64,000 nucleotides of DNA from positions 288,001 through 352,000 of the forward strand of contig CAWEXO010000014.1 of assembly GCA_963813025.1 (NCBI GenBank), written 5' to 3'. Under the pieces are notes generated by a model that did not search any database, had not been told where the DNA came from, and worked only from the letters and a program-made list of their open reading frames with translations. A program made the translations under genes and the position numbers. Every line of letters starts with the position of its first letter. Position 1 is the stretch's first letter. The DNA comes from an uncultured Verrucomicrobiae bacterium (GTDB lineage: Bacteria; Verrucomicrobiota; Verrucomicrobiia; Chthoniobacterales; JAFAMB01). This document shows positions 33,035-43,329 of the stretch, piece by piece.

Positions 33035-33140
33035 CGCGAGAGTGAAGAAGTTGAGCAGCTGACATTCGTTTACTGTCCGCTTCTTTGATTGTTTACCTAT
33101 CTTCCTCCGCTGAACCCGCTCTCTCCGCTCCCGCCGCTTT
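32991..33140. repeat. 44-bp inverted repeat forming the 3' ends of cfa and serS
   Basis: 32991-33034 versus the reverse complement of 33097-33140: 41/44 identical; third copy at 59760-59802. Confidence 0.88.
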
Positions 33141-34410
33141 CCCCGATCTCCTTCATTCCCGTGTACTCCTGGAGCGCTTCGGGGAGTCGGATCGAACCGT
33201 CTGGCTGTTGGTAATTTTCCAACAGCGCGACGTACAATCTTGGCAGGGCAGTGCCGGAACCGTTCAAGGTGTGGCAGAACCGATTTTTACCTTCCTTGTC
33301 TTTGAACCGCAGATTCATCCGGCGCGCCTGGTAATCCTCCGCACTGGAGCAACTGGATACTTCGAGGTATTGCTGTTGTCCCGGCGCCCAAACCTCGATG
33401 TCGTAAGTCTTGGCCATGACTGGGCTGATATCACCGGAACAGAGTTCAATGACGCGATAGTGCAAGCCCAACAGCTGCAGAACTTCCTCGGCATCGGCGG
33501 TGAGTTTTTCCAATTCTTCATCGGAAGTCTCGGGAGTAGTCACTTTGACGAGTTCGACTTTGTCAAACTGGTGTACCCGGATCATGCCTTTGGTGACTAT
33601 CCCGGCTGAACCAGCTTCGCGTCGAAAACAGGGGCTGTAAGCGACGTATTTTTTTGGCAACTCATCCACGGAGAGAATCTCTTCCCGATGGAAATTGGTG
33701 ACTGGCACTTCGGCCGTGGGAATCAAAAAGGCCGAATTATTTTCCAGTCCATATGCTTGTTCCTCGAATTTTGGCAACTGCCCGGTGCCAATCATGCAAG
33801 CCCGCCGAACAAGATAAGGGGTGCTGAGCTCGCGATAGCCGTGCTTGTTGGTATGCAAATCCAGGAGGAACTGGATAAGCCCGCGCTGGAGCCGCGCACC
33901 TTGCCCGGTAAAGCAAACAAAGCCACTGCCGCTGAGCTTGGCCCCGCGTTCGAAGTCGACGAGACCAAGTCGCATGGCAATTTCTACGTGATCCTTGGGT
34001 CGGAAAGCAAACGCAGGCTGCCTACCCCATTCCCGGAGGACGGGGTTGGCCGCGGAGTCGGCGCCGATCGGAATGCCCGGGTGGGGCAGGTTGGGCAGCA
34101 GGAGCAGTAAAGAGCGCAAGCGCTCGGTGGCAGCCGTCAACCGCTCGCTGAGTTCATCGGTTTCGACGCCGATGGTTCGCACGCGGGTCTCCAGTTCGAT
34201 GTTGGGTTGGCCCTGCGCGCGACGAGCTCCCGCGTCCCGGCTGAGCTTATTGCGTTCCGCGTTAAGTTTCTGCACTTCGGTTTCCAGTCGCCGGCGTTCG
34301 GCGTCGACGGCGAGGATCTCATCCAGCTCGGCTGAAAAATCGCCGCCACGAGTCGCCAGACGTTCCCGTACCCAGGCGGGTTTTTCGCGGATGAGCCGGA
34401 TATCGAGCAT
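33097..34410 (-). CDS. serS: serine--tRNA ligase
   Basis: MLDIRLIRE, LIPTAEVP, CFRREAG, RVHQFDKVE, TLNGSG. Confidence 0.97.
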   Translation of the reverse strand: MLDIRLIREKPAWVRERLATRGGDFSAELDEILAVDAERRRLETEVQKLNAERNKLSRDAGARRAQGQPNIELETRVRTIGVETDELSERLTAATERLRSLLLLLPNLPHPGIPIGADSAANPVLREWGRQPAFAFRPKDHVEIAMRLGLVDFERGAKLSGSGFVCFTGQGARLQRGLIQFLLDLHTNKHGYRELSTPYLVRRACMIGTGQLPKFEEQAYGLENNSAFLIPTAEVPVTNFHREEILSVDELPKKYVAYSPCFRREAGSAGIVTKGMIRVHQFDKVELVKVTTPETSDEELEKLTADAEEVLQLLGLHYRVIELCSGDISPVMAKTYDIEVWAPGQQQYLEVSSCSSAEDYQARRMNLRFKDKEGKNRFCHTLNGSGTALPRLYVALLENYQQPDGSIRLPEALQEYTGMKEIGESGGSGESGFSGGR

Positions 34411-34435
34411 GTTTGGGCTATAGCAGGCGCAAAGA

Positions 34436-34800
34436 GGAGTTCAAGGAGTTCGAGGAGTTCGAGGAGGTTCAAGGAGTTCGAGGAGTTCGAGGAGTTCAAG
34501 GAGTTCGAGGAGTTCGAGGAGTTCGAGGAGTTCGAGGAGTTCGAGGAGTTCGAGGAGTTCGAGGAGGTTCAAGGAGTTCAAGGAGTTCCAGGATTCGAAA
34601 AGAGCCTCGGGTAAGGCGCACGGCCTCGTGCGTCACTATCCGAATAAGAACGAGGCGGTCGGCGCTACGGGAGTGCCCTCCTCGACTTCTGACTCCTTGA
34701 ACTCCTTGAACTCCTTGAACTCCTTGAACTCGTGGACTCCTGTGACTGCTGTGACTGCTGTGACTGCTGTGACTGCTGTGACTGCTGTGACTGCTTGAAC
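34436..34800. repeat. 9-mer tandem arrays: (GGAGTTCRA)~17, a degenerate REP, inverted (ACTCCTTGA)~4-5, (GTGACTGCT)~6
   Basis: Direct reading between divergent serS and the DUF72 gene. Confidence 0.92.
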
Positions 34801-34812
34801 TCCTCGACCCAC

Positions 34813-35760
34813 GTGCTCGACCTTTTCTCCCAAAATTTCGACCGCGAAAATTTAGCGTCGCGAATCGCGGCGTTGGCTGATCGCGACGTTTACGTCGGTA
34901 CATCATCGTGGAAGTACCCCGGCTGGCTCGGTACCCTATACGATCGCTCCCGCTACGAATTCCGGAACCGCTTCTCGGAAACGCGTTTCGAAGATGAGTG
35001 CCTTGAAGAGTATAGCCAGTTTTTCAGGACTGTTTGCGTTGACGCCGGGTATTATCGGTTTCCCGATGAACGCTATCTCAGCAAACTCGCGGACCAGGTT
35101 CCCACGAATTTCCGTCTCACCTTCAAGGTAACGGACTCGATCACGCTGCGCCGATTTCCCAAGCTATCGCGGTTCGGACCGCAACAAGGCCAACTGAATC
35201 CCGATTTCCTTAATGTTGACCTTTTCCTACAGCAGTTCCTGCAGCCGCTTGTGCCATTTCGTGGAAAAATTGGGGCTTTGGTCTTTGAGTTCGCCGAGAT
35301 TCGCCAAACCGATCTGATCAACAAAGACGACTTTGTCGGCCGGCTCGATCAGTTTCTCGCCGAGCTGCCGAAAGATTGGCAATATGGGATTGAGATCAGG
35401 AACCGCGAGCTGCTTGGAGTACCTTATTTTTCAGTGTTACAGAAACATCGCGTCGCCCATGTGTTCAACCAGTGGACGCGTATGCCTTCGGTCGAGAAAC
35501 AGTTGGCCATTCCCGGATCTCTGACCACCGATTTTGTCATCGGTCGATTTCTGCTGCGTCCTGGGCGCGCCTACGAACAAGCGGTCGAAGCTTTCGGTCC
35601 TTACGATCAGACGCGCGATGTCAGCGAGAGCGCCCGACGCGCAGCCCGGCGGCTTATTTGGGATGTGCCGCAGGAAGGCGGTCGTCCAACGTTTGTATAC
35701 ATCAACAATCGGTTGGAAGGGAATGCGCTCAATACAATCTGGGCGATTACGGAGCAGTAG
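34813..35760 (+). CDS. DUF72 domain protein
   Basis: VYVGTSSWKYPGW, YYRFP, FKVTDSIT, EIRN, YINNRLEGNA; GTG start after the repeats assumed. Confidence 0.9.
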   Translation: MLDLFSQNFDRENLASRIAALADRDVYVGTSSWKYPGWLGTLYDRSRYEFRNRFSETRFEDECLEEYSQFFRTVCVDAGYYRFPDERYLSKLADQVPTNFRLTFKVTDSITLRRFPKLSRFGPQQGQLNPDFLNVDLFLQQFLQPLVPFRGKIGALVFEFAEIRQTDLINKDDFVGRLDQFLAELPKDWQYGIEIRNRELLGVPYFSVLQKHRVAHVFNQWTRMPSVEKQLAIPGSLTTDFVIGRFLLRPGRAYEQAVEAFGPYDQTRDVSESARRAARRLIWDVPQEGGRPTFVYINNRLEGNALNTIWAITEQ

Positions 35761-35772
35761 TCGAGAGTCGTA

Positions 35773-35826
35773 GGAGTTCGAGGAGTTCAAGGAGTTCGAG
35801 GAGACACGGGAGTTGCAGCAGTTCCG
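35773..35826. repeat. GGAGTTCRA 9-mer repeat
   Basis: Three clean units plus degenerate ones between convergent genes. Confidence 0.75.
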
Positions 35827-35898
35827 GAACACTGGGGAGATGTGAGTTTCGGCGCTCTGCGCTACCTCCCGCCGCCGCAGCCGCTCCTCCGCTCCATG

Positions 35899-37002
35899 TC
35901 AGTCCTTCTTCTGAGTCGTGGTTCGATGGGAGTGCTTTTTGGTCGATTTCCGCGTGGCGCTCGGTTCGGGAGTAGGGGATACCGCGGATTCGGGACTCGG
36001 GGTAGCCGAGGCCAGCTTTTCACCGGCCAGGCCAGGGACGCTGGCGTACCCTTCGAACTTCGCGGTCAGGTCCGGATCGGTTTTGTTCGGTTGGCCGTTG
36101 GGCAGCTTGAAATCAAAGACGCTCACCCCGTAACGCTGCTGGCCATCGTACGTGCGACCCTCGGAAGCGCCGACCATGATTCGCTTACCACTGCCTTTTT
36201 CCCGGCCCAGATAGATCATGACGTGCGTGATTGGGATATCGCGATTAACCTGGTAGGTACCCGACCAGAACATCAGATCCCCCGGTTTGAGGTCATCCAG
36301 CTCGAAAGTATCCGCATTGCGGCTTAGCACCGCATGAAAATTGCTATTCTTGCGAACCCAGAGATATTGCTGGCTCGAGTCACGCGGCGCGTCTTTATAT
36401 CCCGCATTGGAAAGCACGTAGTAGATAAAACCGCTGCAATCCATTCCTCCTTTCGCGGGATCGGCCGATCCATACTTGTAACTCAAATTCTGCTGCGTTA
36501 GCGACAGCGCATCGCGGAGCATCTGCTGAACGCGAGGCGGCTGGGCGTCAAAATCACGCATTTGGGAAGGCAACAAGCTGGCGACCTTGACACCAGGAGG
36601 AGAACTCTGGGCCGCCGGCGCCGGACTGTCCGCCGGAGTTTCCTTCGGCGCGGCCTTTGGGCTGGGTGAGGGCTCTGTTTTGGCGGAAGATTCTCTCGGG
36701 CTCGGACTCGGACTCGGTCTCAATGCTGCCGGTTTGCCCTCCTCCTGCTCCTGTTTCTTCATGCGAACGGTGTCGCTGGCCGTTTTCTTCTTTGCGCCTT
36801 TGCGATGCCTGGTCGAATGATGTGTCCCGCTCTGATCTCGGGTATTTTGGGATTTCGAGGAGTCGTCGTCAGTAAAGGCGTCTTTTACGCTGTGGCCGAC
36901 ATGGCGCAGCGAGTCATAAACATTGTGCCACGTGTCATCATCGGCGTGGACCGGTAGAGCAATCATGGTCAGACCGAACCATAGCCAATGGATGTGCTTC
37001 AT
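35899..37002 (-). CDS. secreted NlpC/P60 family peptidoglycan hydrolase
   Basis: Signal peptide, Pro/Ser linker, YKYG...GMDCSGF, LKPGDLMF, THVMIY. Confidence 0.9.
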   Translation of the reverse strand: MKHIHWLWFGLTMIALPVHADDDTWHNVYDSLRHVGHSVKDAFTDDDSSKSQNTRDQSGTHHSTRHRKGAKKKTASDTVRMKKQEQEEGKPAALRPSPSPSPRESSAKTEPSPSPKAAPKETPADSPAPAAQSSPPGVKVASLLPSQMRDFDAQPPRVQQMLRDALSLTQQNLSYKYGSADPAKGGMDCSGFIYYVLSNAGYKDAPRDSSQQYLWVRKNSNFHAVLSRNADTFELDDLKPGDLMFWSGTYQVNRDIPITHVMIYLGREKGSGKRIMVGASEGRTYDGQQRYGVSVFDFKLPNGQPNKTDPDLTAKFEGYASVPGLAGEKLASATPSPESAVSPTPEPSATRKSTKKHSHRTTTQKKD

Positions 37003-38330
37003 GACGAAAGGGCTATTTGTTTCAGCAATTCCTGATTTAGACGAATTCCTGCCTGGAAATTTTCGATTGGAAAGTTCTCGTTCGGCGAATGCGCGCGAGC
37101 GTCCGGGAGCGCGAGACCGAGCAACAGCGTGTCGGTGCCGAAGACGTCCTTGAAGGTCTGCGTGATCGGGATCGAGCCGCCTTCGCGAATAAACGCGATC
37201 GGCTTATTGAAAGTTTCCTGGAGTGCCCGCTTTGCCGCCTCGGCGAAGGGAGAGTCTATGCTGACCAAATAGGGTTTGCCGCCGTGCCCGGCGACGATCT
37301 CCATCGTAATACCTTCAGGGCAATGCGCTCGAAGAAATTCGGAGATAACCGGCTGCAACTCAGCTGGATCTTGATCAGGAACCAAACGAAAAGAAAGTTT
37401 GGCCACGGCTCGGCTCGGCACGATCGTCTTGCCTCCCTCGCCCTGGTAACCGCTCGTCAGACCATTCACTTCCGCCGTTGGGCGTGCCCAGACTCTTTCG
37501 AGGGTGCTGTAACCCTCCTCGCCGGCAAGGCTGCGGGCTCCCACAGTCTTCAACCAGGCTTCCTCGCTGAAGGGAAGCTTGCTCCAGAGCTCTTTTTCCC
37601 AGCGAGCAACCGGTTTCACGTGATCGTAGAATCCCGGGATCGCGACGCGCCCTTTGGAATCGTGCAAGGAAGCGATGATCCGACTCAGAACGGTGGCCGG
37701 ATTATCGACCGACCCTCCGAAAATGCCGGAGTGCAAGTCAAACGCCGGTCCCTGGAGCCGAAGTTCGAGGGCGAGGACACCGCGCAACCCGTAGGTTAGC
37801 GTTGGAACGCCGGGCGCGAACATGCCGGTATCCGAGACCGCGACGATGTCCGGCTGCAATTCGGTTAAATGATTGCGGAGAAAGCCTTCCAGGTGCCTGC
37901 TCCCAACCTCTTCCTCACCTTCGACTACAATGATCACGTTTACCGGTAAATCATGGTTTTCGCGCAGAGCTGCCTCTACACCGAGAATGTGCGCCAGGAT
38001 CTGTCCTTTGTTGTCGGTAGCGCCCCGGGCGATTATCCGGCCATCAATAACGGTCGGTTCGAAGGGAGGGGTTTGCCACAGCTCAAGAGGGTCGGGCGGT
38101 TGAACGTCGTAATGACCGTAGACCAAAACAGTTCGCTTGCCGGCTACCTGCTGATTGCGGCCAACGACAACCGGGTTACCCGCAGTTGCAAATTGATGAG
38201 CGTCAAGACCGCATCGCCGGAGTCGCGCCGTGAGCCAGTCGGCGCAGGCTTCAACATCGGGCCGGAATTTGCTATCCGCGGAAACGGATGGGAACCGCAA
38301 AAATTCGAAAAGATCATCTAGCGGATTCAT
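36999..38330 (-). CDS. M20 family dipeptidase
   Basis: YGHYDVQP, RGATDNKGQ, EGEEEVGS, DLHSG, GGSIP, HSPNE. Confidence 0.92.
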   Translation of the reverse strand: MNPLDDLFEFLRFPSVSADSKFRPDVEACADWLTARLRRCGLDAHQFATAGNPVVVGRNQQVAGKRTVLVYGHYDVQPPDPLELWQTPPFEPTVIDGRIIARGATDNKGQILAHILGVEAALRENHDLPVNVIIVVEGEEEVGSRHLEGFLRNHLTELQPDIVAVSDTGMFAPGVPTLTYGLRGVLALELRLQGPAFDLHSGIFGGSVDNPATVLSRIIASLHDSKGRVAIPGFYDHVKPVARWEKELWSKLPFSEEAWLKTVGARSLAGEEGYSTLERVWARPTAEVNGLTSGYQGEGGKTIVPSRAVAKLSFRLVPDQDPAELQPVISEFLRAHCPEGITMEIVAGHGGKPYLVSIDSPFAEAAKRALQETFNKPIAFIREGGSIPITQTFKDVFGTDTLLLGLALPDARAHSPNENFPIENFQAGIRLNQELLKQIALSS

Positions 38331-38474
38331 GGCTCATCGCAAATTGAGGTTTCATTTTTTCAGAGGCAAGCTCGGACGGAGTCTGCGAAGCACAAATGAA
38401 TGTGATCGACGGCGGGAACGGACTCGTGATTCCTCCGTAGCGCGCGCATTTTGTCCGGCCCAAGCGCACCAAAA

Positions 38475-38541
38475 GTACGGACGAGGCCGTTCACCTTCGT
38501 GCCTGCCTCGCGGCACTACGGCGCGACAAGTTCCGCGCTAC
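38475..38541 (-). repeat. family A REP with nested 42-bp insert
   Basis: GTACGGACGAGGCCG|TTCACCTTCG...GACAAGT|TCCGCGCTAC. Confidence 0.8.
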
Positions 38542-38714
38542 ATGAGCGATCACGCTCGCGCGTGAAGTTAAATGAACCAAGTGCTCCTCTCTGATCTTCG
38601 TCATGACAGATCGCTGATTCAACATCTAGCAGATTTCAGGGTTGCGAGCCCAATATCTTGTATTTTGCTTGCCTGATTTCTGCGACAAAGCTAGCGTCGA
38701 AACCGGCGCTGCCT

Positions 38715-41700
38715 ATGTATCTGAAGTCACTCGAACTGATTGGATTCAAGTCTTTCGCGACGAAGACCAGGGTCGAGTTTCACCGCGGGGTCACCGCGGT
38801 TGTCGGCCCGAACGGGTGCGGGAAATCGAACATTCTGGACGCCATCCGCTGGGTTCTCGGCGAGCAATCCGCGCGTGCTCTCCGGGGTGAGGGGATGGCC
38901 GATGTCATATTCAACGGTACAGACACCAAGCCGGCCGTCAGCGCGGCGGAGGTTTCCCTTACCTTTGCTGATTGCGAAAACGACCTCGGTACGGAATACA
39001 ACGAACTTTGCTTAACGCGCCGTGTTTACCGGGATGGCCAATCCGATTTTCTGCTGAACCACACACCGTGCCGGTTGAAGGACATTCAACTGCTTTTGAT
39101 GGACACCGGGATTGGGCGAAGCGCCTACTCCATCATGGAACAGGGCAAGATCGACTTAATTCTAAGCTCCCACCCGGAGGATCGTCGCGCCATTTTCGAG
39201 GAAGCGGCTGGCATCAGCAAGTATAAGGCGCAGAAACGGGAAGCGCTCCGCAAACTGGAGTATACGGAGGCCAACCTGCTGCGCTTAAGCGATATCGTGA
39301 AGGAGGTGAAACGCCAGATCGGTTCTCTTCAACGCCAGGCGGGAAAGGCACGTCGATATCGGTCTCTCTTCGAGTCTCTGAAGGTGCTGGATCTGCATGT
39401 CGCGGCCAGGAGAAGAGCTGATTTGTTAGCCGAACTGACCGGGGCGGAAAGCAAGATAGTCGAGTTTGCTGCTCGGCATCGATTGCTGGAAGAGCAGGTC
39501 GATGCACAGGACTTTGGTCTCACCGCGCAGCGAAGCCAACTGGAGACGCTGGAGGATCGCCTCGCGGAAGCGCGCCAGCAGGCGCACGAAACCAGGAATC
39601 GCATCACGAGCACTCGCACCGAGATCGGGTTTAACGACGAACGGATCCTCGAGTCGGAGAGATTATCGGAGCGACATGCTGAGGAGATGTGTTCTGCGAA
39701 AAGCAGGCTTGAGGTGGAAAAAGCTGAGCTGGCCAAAATGGACGAGCAGCTGATCGAGCTTGCCCAAAACCTGGCGACTAGCGAAGCAGCTCTGGCCCGG
39801 CGCCAGAAAGAGATGGTGCAGGCCAGAATTGATAAGGAGGCGGCGGAAGAGCAAGTACGCCAGAGCCAAGGCCAAATCAAGAAAACGGAAATCGCGGCGG
39901 CGAACGCACAGGCGGAACTACATCGAAACCTCGACGGACAGCGCACGGCCGAAGAACGGTTTGACCTCGTGAGCAAAGAGCTTGTCGCGATCGAGGCGAG
40001 CCATTGCGAACTGCGCAACCAGGTAGAGCGCGCCCGAAGCGATCTGGAGAAAGCTGCCGGCGATCTCCAGTCATACCGTCAGGCCGCAAACGACTGTCTG
40101 CAGAAACGGGAAGACCGGGAGCGCGAATATCAGGACGTTGCCGCCGGCTTCGCCAAGATTGAGCGCATGGCGGCGGAAAAGAAAGCGCGATTGGAAGTCC
40201 TCACGCAGCTGATTGAGGAAGGCCAAGGTCTCCATTCGGCTACTCAAGCGATTTTGAAAGGTCTGGATGAGCCCGACCGATTCCGGCCGCTGATCCTGGG
40301 CAGCCTGGCGAAGTTTGTCGAGGTCCCGGCCGAGTTGGTCGCCGCGGTCGAAGCCGCGCTCGGGGCAAACTTGCAGGCCGTCCTCGTCCGGGATCAAGCA
40401 GCCGTGGCTGACATTGGACGGAAACTGATTGACGGCAACTTTGGCCGAGGTGCTGTCAGTTTGAGATCTCTGGCCGAGAGCCAGGAAGGACAATTGCCGG
40501 CTGAACCCTTGCCGGAGGGGGCAATCGCCTGGCTTCTGGACCGTCTGACCGTGCAGCCGGAAGCCGTCGCATTGCTCTCCCGGCTGCTTGCCCGGGTTGC
40601 GCTCGCACCGGATCTACCCGTAGCCTTCGCAATCAAACAATGCGGATCTCCACAATTAGCCGCGGTCACGGTGAGCGGCGAATTCGTTTCCCCGGCAGGG
40701 ATCTTGTTTGCCGGATCGACCGATGATCAGGCTGAGTCGATTTTTCGGCGGCGCCTGGAAGTGCAGCATTTGGAAACTGAAATCCGTTCCTTGGCTGAAC
40801 AAGCTGAGGTGCTGGCCGCCTCGCGCGACGCGGCTTGGCGGGAAGTGGAAGCGGCTGAGACCGCTCGGCGCGACAGCCAAAGAGCCCTGGAATATGCCCA
40901 GGTCGTCAGCGCCAGCAAACAGGCCGAGCTCTCGCTGCTCGAGCGCGAGTTGCGCGAACGGGCAAATAAACTCCAATCTCTCACTTGGGAGCAAAGGGTT
41001 CTCCAAGAAGGCGTACAAGAGCGGTCGGAGCATACGGAGACTTTACGACGGCGACTCGGCGAACTCCGGGCTGAGCTGGAAAAGGCAACAGTCTCGCACT
41101 CCGAGGCAATGAGTGTGGCAAGGAATGTCGCGTCTCGCGAGTTGGAGCTGAACGGTGCCTGGCAAGAATTGAAGATTCACGTCGCCACAGAACGGAATCG
41201 ACAGCAGAGCCTCGAGTCAGTGAGGAAGCCGATCGCTGCCCGGCTGGAGGAGCTCCAGGAACTGGTTACGACTCGGGAGGCAGAAATCGAGCACTACCGG
41301 GAGCGCATAGCATCTTTGCAACAAGCGAATAGCGATTTGGTTGAGACCATCAAGCAGCTTGAGGAAGACCTCACCGCGGCCGATGCAAGGATCGCGGTAC
41401 TTCTTGCCGAACGAACGGATCGGTCCGCCGCAATCGAAGCAGTCGAGGTCAATTTGCGCCGGCTTCGGCAAGAGCTCTTGAACTGCGGAGAACTCAGGGG
41501 ACGGGAAGAGGTTCGCCGGACCCAAGGCCAGCTCCGTTTGCAAAGTCTCGATGAACATGTGGCGCGGCGGTACCAGGTAGAACCGGGGAGTTTCGAACCG
41601 GATTGGTTCGCGTTTCGGGTCGCGCTCCGGGATCAACGCAAGCGCTTCGAAAACGCGCCTTCACCGGAACGTGAGCTGGCTGATCCTTTTGCTGACGAAG

Positions 41701-42437
41701 AAGTAGACTGGACGTTTGCGGAAGCGGCGGTCGCCGAGCTGACCGCACGGCTGGACAGCATGGGGCCGGTCAATCTTGAGGCGATCCAGGAGTACGATGA
41801 ACTGGAAGAGCGACAACGATTCCTGGAGCAGCAGCACGTTGACCTGACGAATGCCAAAGCGGAGTTGCTCGAAGTCATTCAACGGATCAATCGAACTACC
41901 AAGGAATTGTTCGTCGACACTTTCGAGCAGGTTCGGCGTAACTTTCAGGAAATGTTCATTGAACTTTTTGGCGGCGGAAAGGCCAATCTACTTTTGGTCG
42001 ACGATCTCGATCCGCTTGAGAGCGGCATAGAGATCATCGCGAAGCCTCCGGGCAAGCAACTTCAATCCATCTCACTGCTTTCCGGCGGCGAGAAAACCAT
42101 GGCCGCCGTGGCGTTGTTGTTCGCGATTTATATGATCAAACCGAGTCCTTTTTGTGTCCTGGACGAAATGGATGCTCCGCTCGACGAATCGAATATCAAC
42201 CGCTTTATCCGGCTTCTGGATCGCTTCGTGGGTCAAAGCCAGTTTGTCGTTATCACGCATAACAAGCGCACCATCGCGAAAGCTGATGTCTTGTACGGCG
42301 TAACGATGGAAGAACAGGGGATCAGCAAGCTGGTCGGGGTGCGACTAACCCGACGTGAAGAAGGTCATGGTGAGGCGGACCTGATTGGTACCCGGAAAAC
42401 CGTGCCAAGTATTGCGGAGGGCCTGGGGAACAAGTAG
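38715..42437 (+). CDS. smc: chromosome segregation protein SMC
   Basis: GFKSF, GPNGCGKSN, long coiled coils, hinge, LLSGGEK, LDEMDAPLD; the stop TAG lies in a REP GTAG. Confidence 0.97.
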   Translation: MYLKSLELIGFKSFATKTRVEFHRGVTAVVGPNGCGKSNILDAIRWVLGEQSARALRGEGMADVIFNGTDTKPAVSAAEVSLTFADCENDLGTEYNELCLTRRVYRDGQSDFLLNHTPCRLKDIQLLLMDTGIGRSAYSIMEQGKIDLILSSHPEDRRAIFEEAAGISKYKAQKREALRKLEYTEANLLRLSDIVKEVKRQIGSLQRQAGKARRYRSLFESLKVLDLHVAARRRADLLAELTGAESKIVEFAARHRLLEEQVDAQDFGLTAQRSQLETLEDRLAEARQQAHETRNRITSTRTEIGFNDERILESERLSERHAEEMCSAKSRLEVEKAELAKMDEQLIELAQNLATSEAALARRQKEMVQARIDKEAAEEQVRQSQGQIKKTEIAAANAQAELHRNLDGQRTAEERFDLVSKELVAIEASHCELRNQVERARSDLEKAAGDLQSYRQAANDCLQKREDREREYQDVAAGFAKIERMAAEKKARLEVLTQLIEEGQGLHSATQAILKGLDEPDRFRPLILGSLAKFVEVPAELVAAVEAALGANLQAVLVRDQAAVADIGRKLIDGNFGRGAVSLRSLAESQEGQLPAEPLPEGAIAWLLDRLTVQPEAVALLSRLLARVALAPDLPVAFAIKQCGSPQLAAVTVSGEFVSPAGILFAGSTDDQAESIFRRRLEVQHLETEIRSLAEQAEVLAASRDAAWREVEAAETARRDSQRALEYAQVVSASKQAELSLLERELRERANKLQSLTWEQRVLQEGVQERSEHTETLRRRLGELRAELEKATVSHSEAMSVARNVASRELELNGAWQELKIHVATERNRQQSLESVRKPIAARLEELQELVTTREAEIEHYRERIASLQQANSDLVETIKQLEEDLTAADARIAVLLAERTDRSAAIEAVEVNLRRLRQELLNCGELRGREEVRRTQGQLRLQSLDEHVARRYQVEPGSFEPDWFAFRVALRDQRKRFENAPSPERELADPFADEEVDWTFAEAAVAELTARLDSMGPVNLEAIQEYDELEERQRFLEQQHVDLTNAKAELLEVIQRINRTTKELFVDTFEQVRRNFQEMFIELFGGGKANLLLVDDLDPLESGIEIIAKPPGKQLQSISLLSGGEKTMAAVALLFAIYMIKPSPFCVLDEMDAPLDESNINRFIRLLDRFVGQSQFVVITHNKRTIAKADVLYGVTMEEQGISKLVGVRLTRREEGHGEADLIGTRKTVPSIAEGLGNK

Positions 42438-43237
42438 CGCCGAACTTGTCGCGCCGTAGCGCCGCGAAGGCGCGAAGGCGCGGAGGCGGACGGCCCCGTC
42501 GGTACTCTTGGCCGGCCGTCACCGGGCGCGTTCCGCGCGATCCCTCGATTCCCGATGCGTACGAGAACTTCGTAGTCGTAGCGCCGACGGCCCCGTCGGT
42601 TACTCCAGTTGGCGTTTCCGGCCTGTCGCGCAATCCTCCATCTCGATGACCATTTCGATGACGCAGAAGGCGTGCATGTTGCGTAGCGCCGACGGCCCCG
42701 TCGGCATTTTTGCTGCCGGTGATCGAGCGACGGCCCAGTGTCAAGGCACCGCCGGAGGCTTCCGCACTGGCAGCAAAACGGTGCGACATACTTTGTGACG
42801 TTCCGATTGGCTGACTCGGTTCCACTTGGATAGTTTCGTGGTGATGCCAAACCATGTGCATGTTCTGGTCCTTCCTTGGCACCCACTACCGAAATTGGTG
42901 CAAAGGTGGAAATCTTGCTCTTGCCGGCGTATCAACGCACTTCGTCGACTTTCGGGAACTCTGTGGATGCGGGAATACTTCGATCACATCGTTCGTGATG
43001 CCGTCCGGCTGGAAAAGTTTCGCGATTACCTGCGAAGGAATCCAAGCAAAGCCGGTCTTAGTCCAGATGAATACGCGCTCTGGAGTTATGCTTAGCGCGC
43101 ACGGGCGAGAGGGCGAAGGGGTGGCCAGGACCGTAGCGCCGACGGCCTCGTCGGTATCTCGGAGGCGCGACGAGGCCCGTGCGCTTCACCCCCCCTTTCG
43201 GCCTGCACCGGAGTACCGACGGGGCCGTCGGCGCTAC
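42434..43237. repeat. REP array around the RAYT remnant (family B)
   Basis: GTAGCGCCGACGGCCYCGTCGG at 42434 (nested insert), 42578, 42683, 43133 and reverse at 43213-43237. Confidence 0.9.
42738..43095 (+). pseudogene. REP-associated tyrosine transposase (RAYT/TnpA-REP), internally deleted
   Basis: RRLPHWQQNGATYFVTFRLADSVP (42750-42824) joined out of frame to LDSFVVMPNHVH (HUH)...WMREYFDHIVRD...YLRRNP. Confidence 0.88.
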
Positions 43238-43329
43238 CTAACTAGTTCCCCAGAACTCTGCGCGTTCTTTTTGCGGCAAGAAACACTGGATTGATTGCCT
43301 TGGGCATCTCGACGTAGAAAGTAGGCAGC

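Noticed and set aside
34732..34812. Cys-rich (CCD)n metal-binding-like N-terminus on the DUF72 ORF
   Set aside because: It is the translation of the GTGACTGCT tandem repeat, one of several intergenic 9-mer arrays; a downstream GTG gives a normal DUF72 start.
34413..34906. Low-complexity ORFs (VRG/PRT/SSH repeats)
   Set aside because: They are translations of the 9-mer arrays, not credible genes.
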